A stretch of 37,587 bases of DNA from Acidobacteriota bacterium. GTDB taxonomy: Bacteria; Acidobacteriota; Polarisedimenticolia; Gp22-AA2. The stretch is from positions 1 through 37,587 of the forward strand of contig JBGPED010000003.1 in NCBI GenBank assembly GCA_041482595.1. Direction: 5' to 3'. The position numbers and the translations under genes are program-made. This document shows, one piece after another, positions 1-10,375 of this stretch (the stretch's first letter is position 1; every line of letters begins with the position of its first letter). Under the pieces are notes generated by a model. It worked only from the letters and a program-made list of their open reading frames with translations, had not been told where the DNA came from and searched no databases.

Positions 1-42
1 CGATCTCGGCCCAGGTGGGCCGGTGCGTATCGAGGCTCTCCA

Positions 43-1386
43 TCACCCGGGCTGGCGCTCCAGGTCCTCGAAGCGTGTGTACTCGCGGATGAACGCCATG
101 TCGAACTCGGCCGTTGGACCGTTCCTCTGCTTGGCGATGATCACCTTGGCGATGCCGCGGTTCTCCTCGGTCGGCTTGTACATCTCCTCGCGGTACAGGA
201 GGAGGACGACGTCGGCGTCCTGCTCGATGGCGCCCGATTCGCGCAGGTCCGAGAGCTGCGGCCTGCCCTTCTCGCCGCGCTGCTCGGGGGCGCGCGACAG
301 CTGCGAGACGGCGATGACCGGCACGTTCAGCTCCTTCGCCAGCTCCTTCAGGGAGCGGGAGATTTCCGCCATCTCCTGCTGCAGGTTCTCGAAGCGTCCC
401 CGGCTCCTGATGAGCTGCATGTAGTCGATGACGACCAGATCGAGCCCCTGCTCCATCTTCAGACGCCGGCTCTGGGCGCGCATCTCGAGGACGGAGATCC
501 CCGCCTTGTCGTCGATGAACGCGTGCGCCGCAGCCAGCTCGCCGAACGCCTTGGTGAGCTGCTTCCACTCCTCCTTCGTCAGGCGTCCGGTGCGCAGGCG
601 GTGGCTGTCGACCCGCGCCAGGCCGGTCAGCATCCGGAGAAAGAGCTGCTCGCGCGTCATCTCAAGGGAGAAGACGCCGACCCGCTTCCCATCGCGCAGG
701 CCGACGTGCTGCGCGATGTTCAGCGCGAACGAGGTCTTCCCCATGCCGGGACGCGCGGCGAGCACGATGAGATCGGCCGCCTGCAGGCCGGAGGTGTACT
801 CGTCGAGCAGCCGGTAGCCGGTGGCGAGACCGGTGATCAGCTCGCGCCTCTCGGCGAGCTCCTCGATCGCCTTCAGGCTCTGGTCGGCGATCGTCTTCAT
901 CGGGACGAAGCCCTCGCGCAGCCGGTCCTGCGCGATCTGGAAGATCATGCGCTCCGACTGGTCGAGGATGTCGTCGGGATCCTGGCTGGCCTCATAGGCG
1001 GTCGAGACGATCCGGCCGCCCGCCACGATGAGGTTGCGCAGGATCGCCTTCTCCTTGACGATCTTGGCGTAGTACTCGACGTTCGCCGAGCGCGGCACTC
1101 CGTCGAGAAGCGACGCGATGTAGGCCGGGCCGCCGACCGCCTCCAGGTCGCCGGCCCGCGACAGCTCCTCCTTGACCGTCACCGGATCGATGGCGGTCGT
1201 CTTCTCCGAGAGATCGGCCATCACCTTGAAGATCTTCCGGTGCGGCTCGCGGTAGAAATCCTCTTCCTTGAGGATCTCCTGGGCGCGGTTGATGGCGGTG
1301 TTTTCGATGAGGATGGCGCCGAGGACCGAGCGCTCGGCCTCGACGCTGCAGGGGACGTCTTTCTCGAGAGTGATGTCGCCGGGCAT
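43..1386 (-). CDS. dnaB: Replicative DNA helicase DnaB
   Basis: N-terminal PCSVEAERSVLGAIL, Walker A ARPGMGKT, FSLEM, VIDYMQL, SQLSR, DLRESGAIEQDAD, IAKQRNGP. True start is ATG 1386 (GGAG upstream); the longer ORF-track extension runs antisense through rnpB. Confidence 0.97.
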   Translation of the reverse strand: MPGDITLEKDVPCSVEAERSVLGAILIENTAINRAQEILKEEDFYREPHRKIFKVMADLSEKTTAIDPVTVKEELSRAGDLEAVGGPAYIASLLDGVPRSANVEYYAKIVKEKAILRNLIVAGGRIVSTAYEASQDPDDILDQSERMIFQIAQDRLREGFVPMKTIADQSLKAIEELAERRELITGLATGYRLLDEYTSGLQAADLIVLAARPGMGKTSFALNIAQHVGLRDGKRVGVFSLEMTREQLFLRMLTGLARVDSHRLRTGRLTKEEWKQLTKAFGELAAAHAFIDDKAGISVLEMRAQSRRLKMEQGLDLVVIDYMQLIRSRGRFENLQQEMAEISRSLKELAKELNVPVIAVSQLSRAPEQRGEKGRPQLSDLRESGAIEQDADVVLLLYREEMYKPTEENRGIAKVIIAKQRNGPTAEFDMAFIREYTRFEDLERQPG

Positions 1387-1412
1387 CCGGTCTCCGAATG
1401 GCGCGGGGCTGT

Positions 1413-1458
1413 ATCGTAGCACGCGTTGTTGCGCCGCGATCCGCGGCTTTGTTAAGAT
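1413..1458. promoter_or_regulatory. Divergent sigma70-like promoters for dnaB (-) and rnpB (+)
   Basis: + strand TTGCGC(1429-1434)-18nt-TAAGAT(1453-1458) with extended TG, about 6 nt before the rnpB 5' end. - strand TGc-TACGAT (1418..1413). Confidence 0.55.
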
Positions 1459-1464
1459 GACGCC

Positions 1465-1933
<469 letters not shown>

Positions 1934-1996
1934 ATCCTATGACTCGGACACACTGCGGCAGGCGCGCGTTCCGCCCGTCACAGGTGACATTCCGTC

Positions 1997-3199
1997 ATGC
2001 CCGCGTCTGACCCGCTGAGATCCCGGCTCGAGCGCGCGGTCGCCCGCCTGCGGCCTTCCGTGGAGGCGCTCAGCCGGTCGCTCCACCGTCGCGCCGAGCT
2101 GAGCCTGGAGGAATTCGAATCGTCCCGCCTGCTGGCGCGCTTCCTGGAGCGGGAGGGGTTCACGGTGCGGCGCGGAGTCGCCGGGCTGCCGACCGCGCTT
2201 CTGGCGCGCCGGACGCTGGGGCGCGGCGGGCCGCGGCTCGCCTTCCTCGCGGAATACGATGCGCTGCCGGGAATCGGGCACGCCTGCGGTCACAACCTCA
2301 TCGGGGCCGCCGCCGCGGGGGCCGGCGCCGCGCTGGCGCGTGCCCTCTCGGGGTCGCCGGGCGAGGTCCTCGTGGTCGGCACGCCCGCGGAAGAGACCAT
2401 CGGCGGCAAGGTGCTGATGACGGAGAGGGGAGTGTTCCGCGGCGTCGACTGCGCGCTCATGTTCCATCCGTCTACCGAGAACCGCGTCTACACCACCTCC
2501 CTCGCCTGCCATTCCCTCCAGGTGACGTTCCATGGACGCTCGGCGCACGCCGTCTCCTCGCCCGAGAAGGGGATCAACGCCCTCGACGCCCTCATCCGGC
2601 TGTTCATCGAGGTGCGCCGGCTGCGCCACCGTCTGCCGCGCGAGGTGCGCATGCCGGGTGTGATCATCGAGGGAGGGAAGCGGGCCAACATCGTTCCGGA
2701 CCGGGCCGTGGGCCGGTTCACGCTGCGGGCGCGGGATCTCTCCACCCTGGCCCGGGTGGAGGAGCGCTTCCGCGGCGCGGTGAGCGACGCCGCGCGGGTC
2801 ACGGGTGCCAGGTATTCGATCCGGTCGCTCGATCACCCGTACGCGGAAATGATCACCAACCGGGTGCTGGCCGACCTTTTCAAGAAGGAGCTGCGGCGTC
2901 TCGGCCGGAGGACGGTCGATGCGCCGCGCAAGAAGATGGGCTCGCTCGACATGGGAAACGTCAGCCAGGTCGTGCCCTCGATCCATCCCTACGTCGCCAT
3001 AGCACCGCGCTCGGTCCCCCTGCACTCGCGCGGTTTCGCGCGGCTCGCGGGCGGACCACGCGGCCGCTCCGGCCTCCGGGCGGCGATGCAGGCCCTTGCC
3101 ATGGTCGGCCTCGTGGTGATCTCGGATCACGACACGCTGCGGCGGGCCCGCCACGAGTTCCAGGTCTTCCGCCGGAGCGTCGCGCGGAGGAAGCGTTGA
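1997..3199 (+). CDS. M20 family metallopeptidase/amidohydrolase (Acy1L2/AbgB-like)
   Basis: EYDALPGIGHACGHN, GTPAEE, MFHP, FHGRSAHA..PEKGINALDA, MGSLDMGNVS..VPSIHP motifs. Confidence 0.9.
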   Translation: MPASDPLRSRLERAVARLRPSVEALSRSLHRRAELSLEEFESSRLLARFLEREGFTVRRGVAGLPTALLARRTLGRGGPRLAFLAEYDALPGIGHACGHNLIGAAAAGAGAALARALSGSPGEVLVVGTPAEETIGGKVLMTERGVFRGVDCALMFHPSTENRVYTTSLACHSLQVTFHGRSAHAVSSPEKGINALDALIRLFIEVRRLRHRLPREVRMPGVIIEGGKRANIVPDRAVGRFTLRARDLSTLARVEERFRGAVSDAARVTGARYSIRSLDHPYAEMITNRVLADLFKKELRRLGRRTVDAPRKKMGSLDMGNVSQVVPSIHPYVAIAPRSVPLHSRGFARLAGGPRGRSGLRAAMQALAMVGLVVISDHDTLRRARHEFQVFRRSVARRKR

Positions 3200-4107
3200 A
3201 GCCGCTCCTGCCGCCGCCCCTGGTGCCGGGCGACCGGATCGGGATCGCCGCTCCCGGAGGGCCGATCCGGCCGGAGGCGTTCGGACGCGGCGTGTCCTAC
3301 CTCGAGGCGCGCGGCTTCCGGCCGGTCTTCGGCAGGAACCTGCATCGGCGCAAGGCCTACCTCGCGGGCACCGATCGCGAACGGCTGGAGGATCTCGCGG
3401 CGCTCCTCGGCGACACGACGATCAAGGGCATCTGGTGCGCCCGCGGCGGATACGGCAGCGCGCGCATCATCGCGGGCCTGGATCTCGATCCCCTGCGACG
3501 ACACCCGAAGGCGCTGATCGGCTACAGCGACATCACGACTCTACACACGGCGGTCCTGAGAAAGGTGCGGCTGGCCAGCTGGCACGGACCGATGGTCTCC
3601 GAGCTGGGCGACCCCGCCCTGTACGACGAAGCGTTCCTCTGGAAGGCCCTGTCGGGGGACGGCGGTGACCTGTCCTGGCCGCTCCCGGCGTCGTCGATCC
3701 ACCGCGCCGGCAGCGGGGAAGGAACGCTCGTCGGTGGCTGCCTGGCGGTCCTGGTCGGTCTGGTGGGGACGCCTTACGAGCCGCCGATGGACGGCTCCGT
3801 CCTGTTCTGGGAGGAGGTCCACGAGGAGCCGTACCGGATCGATCGCATGCTCGGCCACCTCCGGCTATCGGGACGATTGAAGAACCTGCGCGGCATGGTG
3901 GTCGGCCGGCTGGTCGATTGCGCCGCCAAGGATCCGGAGAACGACATGCCGCTGCGCGACATCCTGGACACCCATCTCGAGGGGACCGACTTCCCGGTGG
4001 CCATCGACTTCCCGGCGGGTCACTGCGCCGGGAAGACCACCCTGCCCCTCGGCCGCACGGTCAGGCTCGACACCGCGTCGCTCCGTCTCGCCGTCAGTGG
4101 ACGGTGA
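3196..4107 (+). CDS. LD-carboxypeptidase (peptidase S66, LdcA/MccF family)
   Basis: YLAGTD..R, ARGGYGS, IGYSDIT (catalytic Ser), FWEEVHE, PAGH. TTG start overlaps the upstream TGA. Confidence 0.92.
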   Translation: MKPLLPPPLVPGDRIGIAAPGGPIRPEAFGRGVSYLEARGFRPVFGRNLHRRKAYLAGTDRERLEDLAALLGDTTIKGIWCARGGYGSARIIAGLDLDPLRRHPKALIGYSDITTLHTAVLRKVRLASWHGPMVSELGDPALYDEAFLWKALSGDGGDLSWPLPASSIHRAGSGEGTLVGGCLAVLVGLVGTPYEPPMDGSVLFWEEVHEEPYRIDRMLGHLRLSGRLKNLRGMVVGRLVDCAAKDPENDMPLRDILDTHLEGTDFPVAIDFPAGHCAGKTTLPLGRTVRLDTASLRLAVSGR

Positions 4108-5575
4108 AGAAGACGTCGCGGTCCAGCTCCTTCCCGCCAATCGTGTCGAGGAGCTTCATCTCCATCTTGAAATCCACCGGCAGCGGCTGGTTCGGCGCCA
4201 GGAGATCCTTCAGGTCGATCGAGTAGAGATCCACCTGGCCGGTGAGCTGGCGGACCACCGGCGGCCGGTAGCGCTTCCAGCCGGCGCCGTCCTTGAGGAA
4301 GAAAGTGACGGTCGATTCCAGGCTGGGGCGGCCAGAGGCGGGGTCGGTCGCGGGGTTGTACACCTGGTAATAGAAGGTCACCGCCTCGCTCTTCGTCAGG
4401 ACGGCGGCGGCGCGCGGCACGAGACGGAACGACCCCAGGACGTAGGGTCCCGCGTGCGCCTTCTCGTCGGGGTCCTGGCCGAGATCGAGGTGCTTGAATC
4501 CGGCGAGCAGCGCCACGCTGCTCATTTGCAAGTCTTTGCTGCGGAAGTCCGTGACGTCGATCGTTTTGACCAGCGTCCCCATCTGCCCGGGGACGACCTT
4601 GTCCTCGACCACGACGGCGAGCCTGTAGCTGCCCGGCATGAGGTTATGGCGCGCCTGGTAGATGAAGGAGGCCGGCGGCGACTCGCCGGGGGACGCCGGG
4701 ACGAAGGGGAGATCGCCGGTCAGGTTGATCGGCTTTCCTTCGCCCGCGGGCTCGATGCGGGCGAACGGATGCAGGGCGGCATCGCCGCTCCCGTGCGCCG
4801 TCTCGCGCGGCGCCTCGATCGTGATGACGGTCAGCGTCGTGCCGTCGGCGGCGGCGTACGAGTCGAGGGCGACCTGGAACGGCACGTCGGTCCGGCCGCC
4901 GCCCTTGGTGAGGAGATCCTGGAGTATCGGGATCTGTCGCTTGCTCTCGGGTGTCAGGTCCTCTTCCGGCTTGCGGGTCGGAGCCGTCGGAACGTCCGGC
5001 AGGACCTCCGCCGTCTGCGGCGCCGGGATCTTCCAGCCGATGCCGCGCGTCTCCGGGTGGGCGCTGACATACTCTTCGAGCTTCTTGCGGTCCAGGAGGA
5101 GCGGCGCCGCCGACCCGGTGGCGAACAGAAACTCGAGATGCGTCTGGATCCCGGTGACTTCGCTCGGGTCATAGGTCCAGATGTTGCGACCGCGGGTGTC
5201 CCTGTCCGCCTTGGTGGGCGACCCCAAAAGTAGATACGTGCGTCCCATGTCCGTGAGGCAGCCCGGATCGGTGATCGATTTGAAAGTCTTGTCCGCCTCC
5301 TCGACCTTCTTCCAGAAGATGGCCTGATACTCGTTCTCCGGCGTCCCGGGCGTGGGATCGCGCCTTTCCCAGAACGCCTTGACGAAGGCGGCGCGCTCCT
5401 CGCCGGTGCGCAGCTTCTTCCAGTCCTTCTCCTCGCCGTCCGTCATGATCCACTTCACGGGACCCTTGGCCCAGTCCTTTCCCGGGGTCTTGTAGTCGGG
5501 GGGCCCGGCGGCGAGCGTGAGGACGGCGGCGAGCAGCAGGAGAATGGTCTCGCAACGGCGGACGATCGTCATCAT
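4094..5575 (-). CDS. GWxTD domain-containing exported protein
   Basis: Signal peptide, then WIMT..E......L.T.EER..F...FWERRDPTPGTPENE...G(C)LTDMGR.Y..LG.P, the GWxTD domain pattern, followed by beta-rich C-terminal domains. Start could be 5578, 5575 or 5572. Confidence 0.85.
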   Translation of the reverse strand: MMTIVRRCETILLLLAAVLTLAAGPPDYKTPGKDWAKGPVKWIMTDGEEKDWKKLRTGEERAAFVKAFWERRDPTPGTPENEYQAIFWKKVEEADKTFKSITDPGCLTDMGRTYLLLGSPTKADRDTRGRNIWTYDPSEVTGIQTHLEFLFATGSAAPLLLDRKKLEEYVSAHPETRGIGWKIPAPQTAEVLPDVPTAPTRKPEEDLTPESKRQIPILQDLLTKGGGRTDVPFQVALDSYAAADGTTLTVITIEAPRETAHGSGDAALHPFARIEPAGEGKPINLTGDLPFVPASPGESPPASFIYQARHNLMPGSYRLAVVVEDKVVPGQMGTLVKTIDVTDFRSKDLQMSSVALLAGFKHLDLGQDPDEKAHAGPYVLGSFRLVPRAAAVLTKSEAVTFYYQVYNPATDPASGRPSLESTVTFFLKDGAGWKRYRPPVVRQLTGQVDLYSIDLKDLLAPNQPLPVDFKMEMKLLDTIGGKELDRDVFFTVH

Positions 5576-5617
5576 CACCTCATGAGTGTCTCGATCCTGC
5601 GTCCCGGGAGGCGCGCG

Positions 5618-5690
5618 ATTATACCGGCCGTCTTCGGGCCGGTCAAACGGTCCCGGCGGCCCGGGCCCCGGAGCGGAGGGGGGCTATAAT
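5618..5690. promoter_or_regulatory. Divergent sigma70-like promoters for the GWxTD gene (-) and truA (+)
   Basis: - strand TTGACC(5646..5641)-17nt-TATAAT(5623..5618). + strand TATAAT at 5685-5690. Confidence 0.7.
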
Positions 5691-5713
5691 GCGCCCGGTG
5701 CGGGTGCTCTGGC

Positions 5714-6460
5714 GTGCGTAATCTCAAGATCGTCGTGTCCTACGTCGGCACGCGCTTCGCCGGCTGGCAGGTTCAGCCGGGACGTCCGACAGTGCAGGGG
5801 ATCCTCGAGGAGCGCATCGGCCGGATGCTGCAGGAGCCCGTGCGAGTTGCCGGGGCGGGCCGCACGGACGCGGGGGTGCACGCCCGCGGCCAGGTGGGCA
5901 ACTTCGCGACCGGCGCGCGCATCCCGGTGGAGGGGCTGCGGCGCGGATTGAACGCGCGACTGCCCGCGGACATCGCCGTGATGCGCGTGGAGGAGGTGCC
6001 GGAGTCGTTCCACGCGCGGGCCGACGCGCGCGGCAAGGAGTACCTCTACCGGTTGTCGCGGGCGGAGGTCGTTTCGCCGTTCGACGGCCCCTTCGTCGCC
6101 CCGGTGCGGGGGCGTCTCGACGTCGAGGCGATGCGCAGGGCCGCCGCGCACCTCGTGGGGACGCACGACTTCACGTCGTTCTGTCCCGCGAATTCCGAGA
6201 TCGAGGACAAGGTCCGCACCCTGACGCTGTCGGAGGTCACGGAGAGCGGTCCGGAAGTGCATTACCGCGTCATCGGGAACGGATTCCTGCGTCACATGGT
6301 GCGCACCCTCGCCGGCACCCTGATCCTGGCCGGACGTGGACAGCTGGACGCAGGCGCCGTTCCGCTTATCCTGGAGGCCAGGGACCGGAGACGTGCGGGG
6401 CCGGTCGCCCCGGCGCGCGGGCTCTGCCTTGAACGGGTTCTCTACGAGGAGGAAACGTGA
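5714..6460 (+). CDS. truA: tRNA pseudouridine(38-40) synthase
   Basis: YVGTRFAGWQ.Q, AGRTDAGVHARGQV, FHAR..A..KEY.Y, GTHDFTSF, GNGFLRHMVR, APARGL.L. Confidence 0.97.
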   Translation: MRNLKIVVSYVGTRFAGWQVQPGRPTVQGILEERIGRMLQEPVRVAGAGRTDAGVHARGQVGNFATGARIPVEGLRRGLNARLPADIAVMRVEEVPESFHARADARGKEYLYRLSRAEVVSPFDGPFVAPVRGRLDVEAMRRAAAHLVGTHDFTSFCPANSEIEDKVRTLTLSEVTESGPEVHYRVIGNGFLRHMVRTLAGTLILAGRGQLDAGAVPLILEARDRRRAGPVAPARGLCLERVLYEEET

Positions 6461-7437
6461 GACTTCTGGTGACGGGGGGCGCCGGCTACATCGGCGCGGT
6501 CGTGGCGCGGCGGCTGCGCGAGGCGGGACACGCTCCGATCATCCTGGACGACTTGAGCGCGGGCCATCGGGAGGCGGCGGGGCCCGACCTGGTGGTGGGC
6601 GACTTCGGCGATCGACCCCTCCTTTCCGATCTCGTCGCGTCGAGAAAGATCGAGGCCGTCATCCACCTCGCCGCCTCGGCGCTCGTGGGCGAGTCGGTGG
6701 AGCACCCCGCCCGGTATTATCGCAACAACCTGGAGCGCTCCCTCGCCCTGCTGGACGTCCTGCGCGAGCGGGGTGTCGGGCGCTTCATCCTGTCCTCCAC
6801 CGCCGCCGTGTACGGGGAGCCGGTGGCGATCCCGATGGACGAGGATCACCCGACCCGCCCCACGAATCCCTACGGGGAGACCAAGCTGGCCCTCGAGACG
6901 GCCCTGCGCTGGTTCCACGCGGCCTACGGCTTCGCCTTCGTATCGCTGCGTTACTTCAACGCCGCCGGGGCGACTTCGGACGGCGTTCTCGGTGAGGTCC
7001 ACGATCCCGAGACACATCTCGTCCCCAACGTCCTGCGGGCGGCCGCGACCTCCGAGCCGGTGCCGGTGTTCGGCACCGATTACGCCACGCACGACGGGTC
7101 GGCGGTACGCGACTACGTTCACGTCGAGGACCTGGCGGAAGCCCACGTGCGCGCCCTGGAGCATCTCGAGTCCAAGGGCGGCGCGTCGGTGTTCAACCTG
7201 GGGAACGGCGCCGGCTTCTCGGTCCTCCAGGTTATCGAGGCGGCCCGCCGGGTCACCGGCAGGCCCGTGCCGATAAGGAAGGCCCCGCGCCGGCCCGGAG
7301 ACCCCGAGACCCTGGTTGCGTCATCCGGGCGGGCGCGGCGCGTGCTCGGCTGGGCGCCCCGGTACGCCGATCTCGAATCGATCCTGGAGACCGCCTGGCG
7401 GTTCGCGCGCGCACATCCCCGCGGGTACCGATCGTGA
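6457..7437 (+). CDS. galE: UDP-glucose 4-epimerase
   Basis: LVTGGAGYIG, VGESV, SSTAAVYG, PYGETK, LRYFNAAGA, RDYVHV.DLA.AH, RRPGDP. Confidence 0.95.
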   Translation: MRLLVTGGAGYIGAVVARRLREAGHAPIILDDLSAGHREAAGPDLVVGDFGDRPLLSDLVASRKIEAVIHLAASALVGESVEHPARYYRNNLERSLALLDVLRERGVGRFILSSTAAVYGEPVAIPMDEDHPTRPTNPYGETKLALETALRWFHAAYGFAFVSLRYFNAAGATSDGVLGEVHDPETHLVPNVLRAAATSEPVPVFGTDYATHDGSAVRDYVHVEDLAEAHVRALEHLESKGGASVFNLGNGAGFSVLQVIEAARRVTGRPVPIRKAPRRPGDPETLVASSGRARRVLGWAPRYADLESILETAWRFARAHPRGYRS

Positions 7438-7451
7438 GGGGCCGGCGTTCC

Positions 7452-7481
7452 TTGCTCCCTCCGTCGGGCGTGTGTTACGAT
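7452..7481 (+). promoter_or_regulatory. Putative sigma70 promoter for the uppS-cdsA-dxr-rseP operon
   Basis: TTGCTC(7452-7457)-18nt-TACGAT(7476-7481) with extended TG. Confidence 0.45.
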
Positions 7482-7517
7482 TCGAGCGCACTCCGCGTGG
7501 GAGCGACGACCCCCTCC

Positions 7518-8348
7518 ATGTCCCATCCGGCACGAGACTTGGAAGGATTGATCACGAAGGGATCGCCCGAGGAGCAACTCCTCGCGCAGATCGACTTCGC
7601 GCGTCTGCCGCGTCACATCGCCATCATCATGGACGGGAACGGGCGGTGGGCCCGGATGCGGAGCCTGCCGCGCGTCGCCGGCCACCGGGCCGGCATCGCG
7701 GCCGTGCGCGACGTCGTCGAGACCTCGGCGCGCCTGGGCTGTCAGGTGCTGACGCTGTACGCGTTCTCCATCGAGAACTGGAAAAGGCCGCGGCGCGAGA
7801 TCGACACGTTGATGGGTCTCCTGCGCGAATACCTGAAGAAGGAAATCGACACCCTGCAGAGCAACAACATCGCCTTCAACGTCATCGGCCGGATGGACGA
7901 GCTCAGCCCCACGATCCAGAAAGAGCTTCAGGAAGGGATGGTGTCGACGCGGGAGAACACGGGACTGCTGTTCAACATCGCCCTGTCCTACGGCGGGAGG
8001 GCCGAAATCGTGGACGCGGTCAACCGGATCCTGGCCGACCGCCGTCTGGCCGGCGCCTCGTCACCGCCGGTCGACGAGGCCACGTTCTCGCGCTATCTCT
8101 ATACCGCCGGCCAGCCCGACCCGGACCTCCTGATCCGCACCTCGGGAGAGCTGCGCATCAGCAACTTCCTGCTGTGGCAGATCGCCTACGCCGAGATCTG
8201 GGTGACCGAGACCCTGTGGCCCGACTTCCGCAAGAGAGAGCTCCTGCAGGCCATCGTGGACTACCAGAAGCGAGAGCGGCGCTACGGCCGGGTCGTCGGC
8301 GCCGAGCCAGAGGCGGTCAGCCTGTCGCCCGGCAAGGCCACCGTCTGA
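7518..8348 (+). CDS. uppS: Undecaprenyl diphosphate synthase (isoprenyl transferase)
   Basis: HIAIIMDGNGRWA, YAFSIENWKRP, LSYGGRAEI, PDLLIRTSGELRISNFLLWQIAY, RERRYG. ATG 7518 is preferred over 7434. Confidence 0.96.
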   Translation: MSHPARDLEGLITKGSPEEQLLAQIDFARLPRHIAIIMDGNGRWARMRSLPRVAGHRAGIAAVRDVVETSARLGCQVLTLYAFSIENWKRPRREIDTLMGLLREYLKKEIDTLQSNNIAFNVIGRMDELSPTIQKELQEGMVSTRENTGLLFNIALSYGGRAEIVDAVNRILADRRLAGASSPPVDEATFSRYLYTAGQPDPDLLIRTSGELRISNFLLWQIAYAEIWVTETLWPDFRKRELLQAIVDYQKRERRYGRVVGAEPEAVSLSPGKATV

Positions 8349-8381
8349 GCCGGCCCGAGTGAGAACCTCCCCGGATCTCCG

Positions 8382-9197
8382 ATGAAGCGCGTCCTCTCCG
8401 CGGCCGTCTTCCTTCCCTTGTTCTGGGTCATCGTGAAGTACCGCCCGGGGACGTACGAGATCCTGATCGCCGTGGCGGCGCTCCTGGCCCTGCGCGAGCT
8501 GTTCGGTCTCGCCTCGGCGAGCGGCCAGCGCTGCCATCGCTTCCTCGGGACGCTCGTGACCCTCCTGGTCATCGCATCGTTCGCCTTCACCGGGGTTGAT
8601 ATCCACTACGCCCTGGCCTTCGGGCTGATCGTTCTGCCCCTCGCCTCTCTCTGGCGCGGCGGGGACTGGGGGCCGGCGCTGGCCGATATCGGCACCACGT
8701 TTTTCATCGCCCTGTTCATCGGGGTGCTGTTCGGTTATCTCATCGATCTCAGGACCATCCATGATCTGCCGAAGGGCGACGAAACCGGCTCCGACCTGGT
8801 CCTCCTGCTGTTCTTCGTGGTGTGGAGCAGCGACACCGCCGCCTACTACGTCGGGACGACCTTCGGCAGCAGACCCCTGGCGCCCCGCGTCAGTCCGAAG
8901 AAGACGGTGGAAGGGGCGGTGGGCGGCGTGATCGGCGCGCTCCTCGCGGCCTTCGTGGCCAGCGTCTGGTTCTACACGCGTCTGAGTGTCGTCGACTGCA
9001 TCGTCCTGGGCCTGGCCCTCGGGACCATCGGTCTCCTGGGCGACCTCGTCGAGTCCATGCTCAAGCGGGGCGCGGGCATGAAGGACAGCGCCTCGCTTGT
9101 CCCCGGACACGGCGGGATCCTGGACCGGGTCGATTCCCTCCTGTACGCCGGTCCGGTCCTCTACTACTATTACGTCTTCGAGATGAGGGCACATTGA
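8382..9197 (+). CDS. cdsA: Phosphatidate cytidylyltransferase
   Basis: Polytopic membrane protein with SDTAAYYVG, SPKKTVEG, GDLVESMLKRGAGMKDS..VPGHGGILDRVDS. Confidence 0.96.
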   Translation: MKRVLSAAVFLPLFWVIVKYRPGTYEILIAVAALLALRELFGLASASGQRCHRFLGTLVTLLVIASFAFTGVDIHYALAFGLIVLPLASLWRGGDWGPALADIGTTFFIALFIGVLFGYLIDLRTIHDLPKGDETGSDLVLLLFFVVWSSDTAAYYVGTTFGSRPLAPRVSPKKTVEGAVGGVIGALLAAFVASVWFYTRLSVVDCIVLGLALGTIGLLGDLVESMLKRGAGMKDSASLVPGHGGILDRVDSLLYAGPVLYYYYVFEMRAH

Positions 9198-10375
9198 TGG
9201 CCGGGAACGCGCGCCGCGCGGTCGCCGTGCTGGGGTCGACCGGCTCGGTCGGGGTGCAGACGCTCGATCTGATTTCATGCTTTCCCGGGCGATTCGAGGT
9301 CGTGGCGCTCGCGGCCGGCAGGAACGCCGCGTTGCTGGCCCGGCAGATCGAGACGCACCGGCCGCGCCTCGCGGCGATCGCCGATGCAGGGAGCCGCGGG
9401 CCGATCGAGGAGGCGGCGCGGCGGGCGCGCTGCGAGATCCTGACGGGGCAGGAGGGCCTCCTTGCCGTCGCGGCGTTTCCGGCGGCCGACATCGTCGTGG
9501 CGGCCGTGGTGGGGGCCGCCGGCCTGCCGGCGACGCACGCGGCCCTCAAGGCCGGAAAGACGGTGGCGCTGGCCAACAAGGAGAGCCTGGTGATGGCCGG
9601 GGAGCTCCTGCAGGCCGTCGCCCGCGAAGCGGGTGCGCTGCTCCTCCCCGTGGACAGCGAGCACTCGGCGGTGCACCAGTGCCTGCGCGGCGCGCGCCGG
9701 GAGGACGTGGCGCGGGTGGTCCTGACCGCCTCGGGCGGTCCGTTCCGGACGACGCCGCTCGAGGACCTGCCGAGCGTGACACCCGAGCAGGCGCTGCGTC
9801 ATCCGGTGTGGGCCATGGGGAAGAAGATCAGCATCGACAGCGCCACGCTCATGAACAAGGGGCTCGAGGTGATCGAGGCGCGCTGGCTGTTCGACCTCGC
9901 AGCCGAAAGGGTGGGGGTGCTGCTGCACCCGCAGGGCCTCGTGCACTCGCTGGTCGAGATGGTGGACGGCTCCGTTCTCTGCCAGGTGGGTCTCCCCGAC
10001 ATGCGGGCGCCGATCCAGTACGCGCTCGGCTACCCCGAGCGCTTCCAGGGTCCCGTCAAGGCGCCCGACCTGGCGGAGCGTTCGCCGCTGGAGTTCTTTC
10101 CGGTCGACGCGCGGCGCTTCCCGAGTCTCGATCTCGCCTACCGCGCCCTGCGCGCCGGCGGGACGGCACCTGCCGTCCTGAACGCCGCCAACGAGGTCGC
10201 CGTCCAGGGCTTCCTGTCACGCCGTCTCGACTTCCCGGGCATCCCGCGGCTGGTCGGAGAGGTCCTGGAGCGTCACCGGCCGTCGCCCGTCACATCGCTT
10301 CAGACCGTTCTTCAAGCCGACGCCTGGGCGCGAGGCGTCGCCGAGGAAATCATGTCGCAGGGAGGTGCGTGTTGA
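9197..10375 (+). CDS. dxr: 1-deoxy-D-xylulose-5-phosphate reductoisomerase
   Basis: LGSTGSVG, LANKESLV, PVDSEHSA, LTASGGPF, HPVWAMGKKISIDSATLMNKGLE, NAANE. ATG shares one base with the cdsA stop. Confidence 0.97.
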   Translation: MAGNARRAVAVLGSTGSVGVQTLDLISCFPGRFEVVALAAGRNAALLARQIETHRPRLAAIADAGSRGPIEEAARRARCEILTGQEGLLAVAAFPAADIVVAAVVGAAGLPATHAALKAGKTVALANKESLVMAGELLQAVAREAGALLLPVDSEHSAVHQCLRGARREDVARVVLTASGGPFRTTPLEDLPSVTPEQALRHPVWAMGKKISIDSATLMNKGLEVIEARWLFDLAAERVGVLLHPQGLVHSLVEMVDGSVLCQVGLPDMRAPIQYALGYPERFQGPVKAPDLAERSPLEFFPVDARRFPSLDLAYRALRAGGTAPAVLNAANEVAVQGFLSRRLDFPGIPRLVGEVLERHRPSPVTSLQTVLQADAWARGVAEEIMSQGGAC

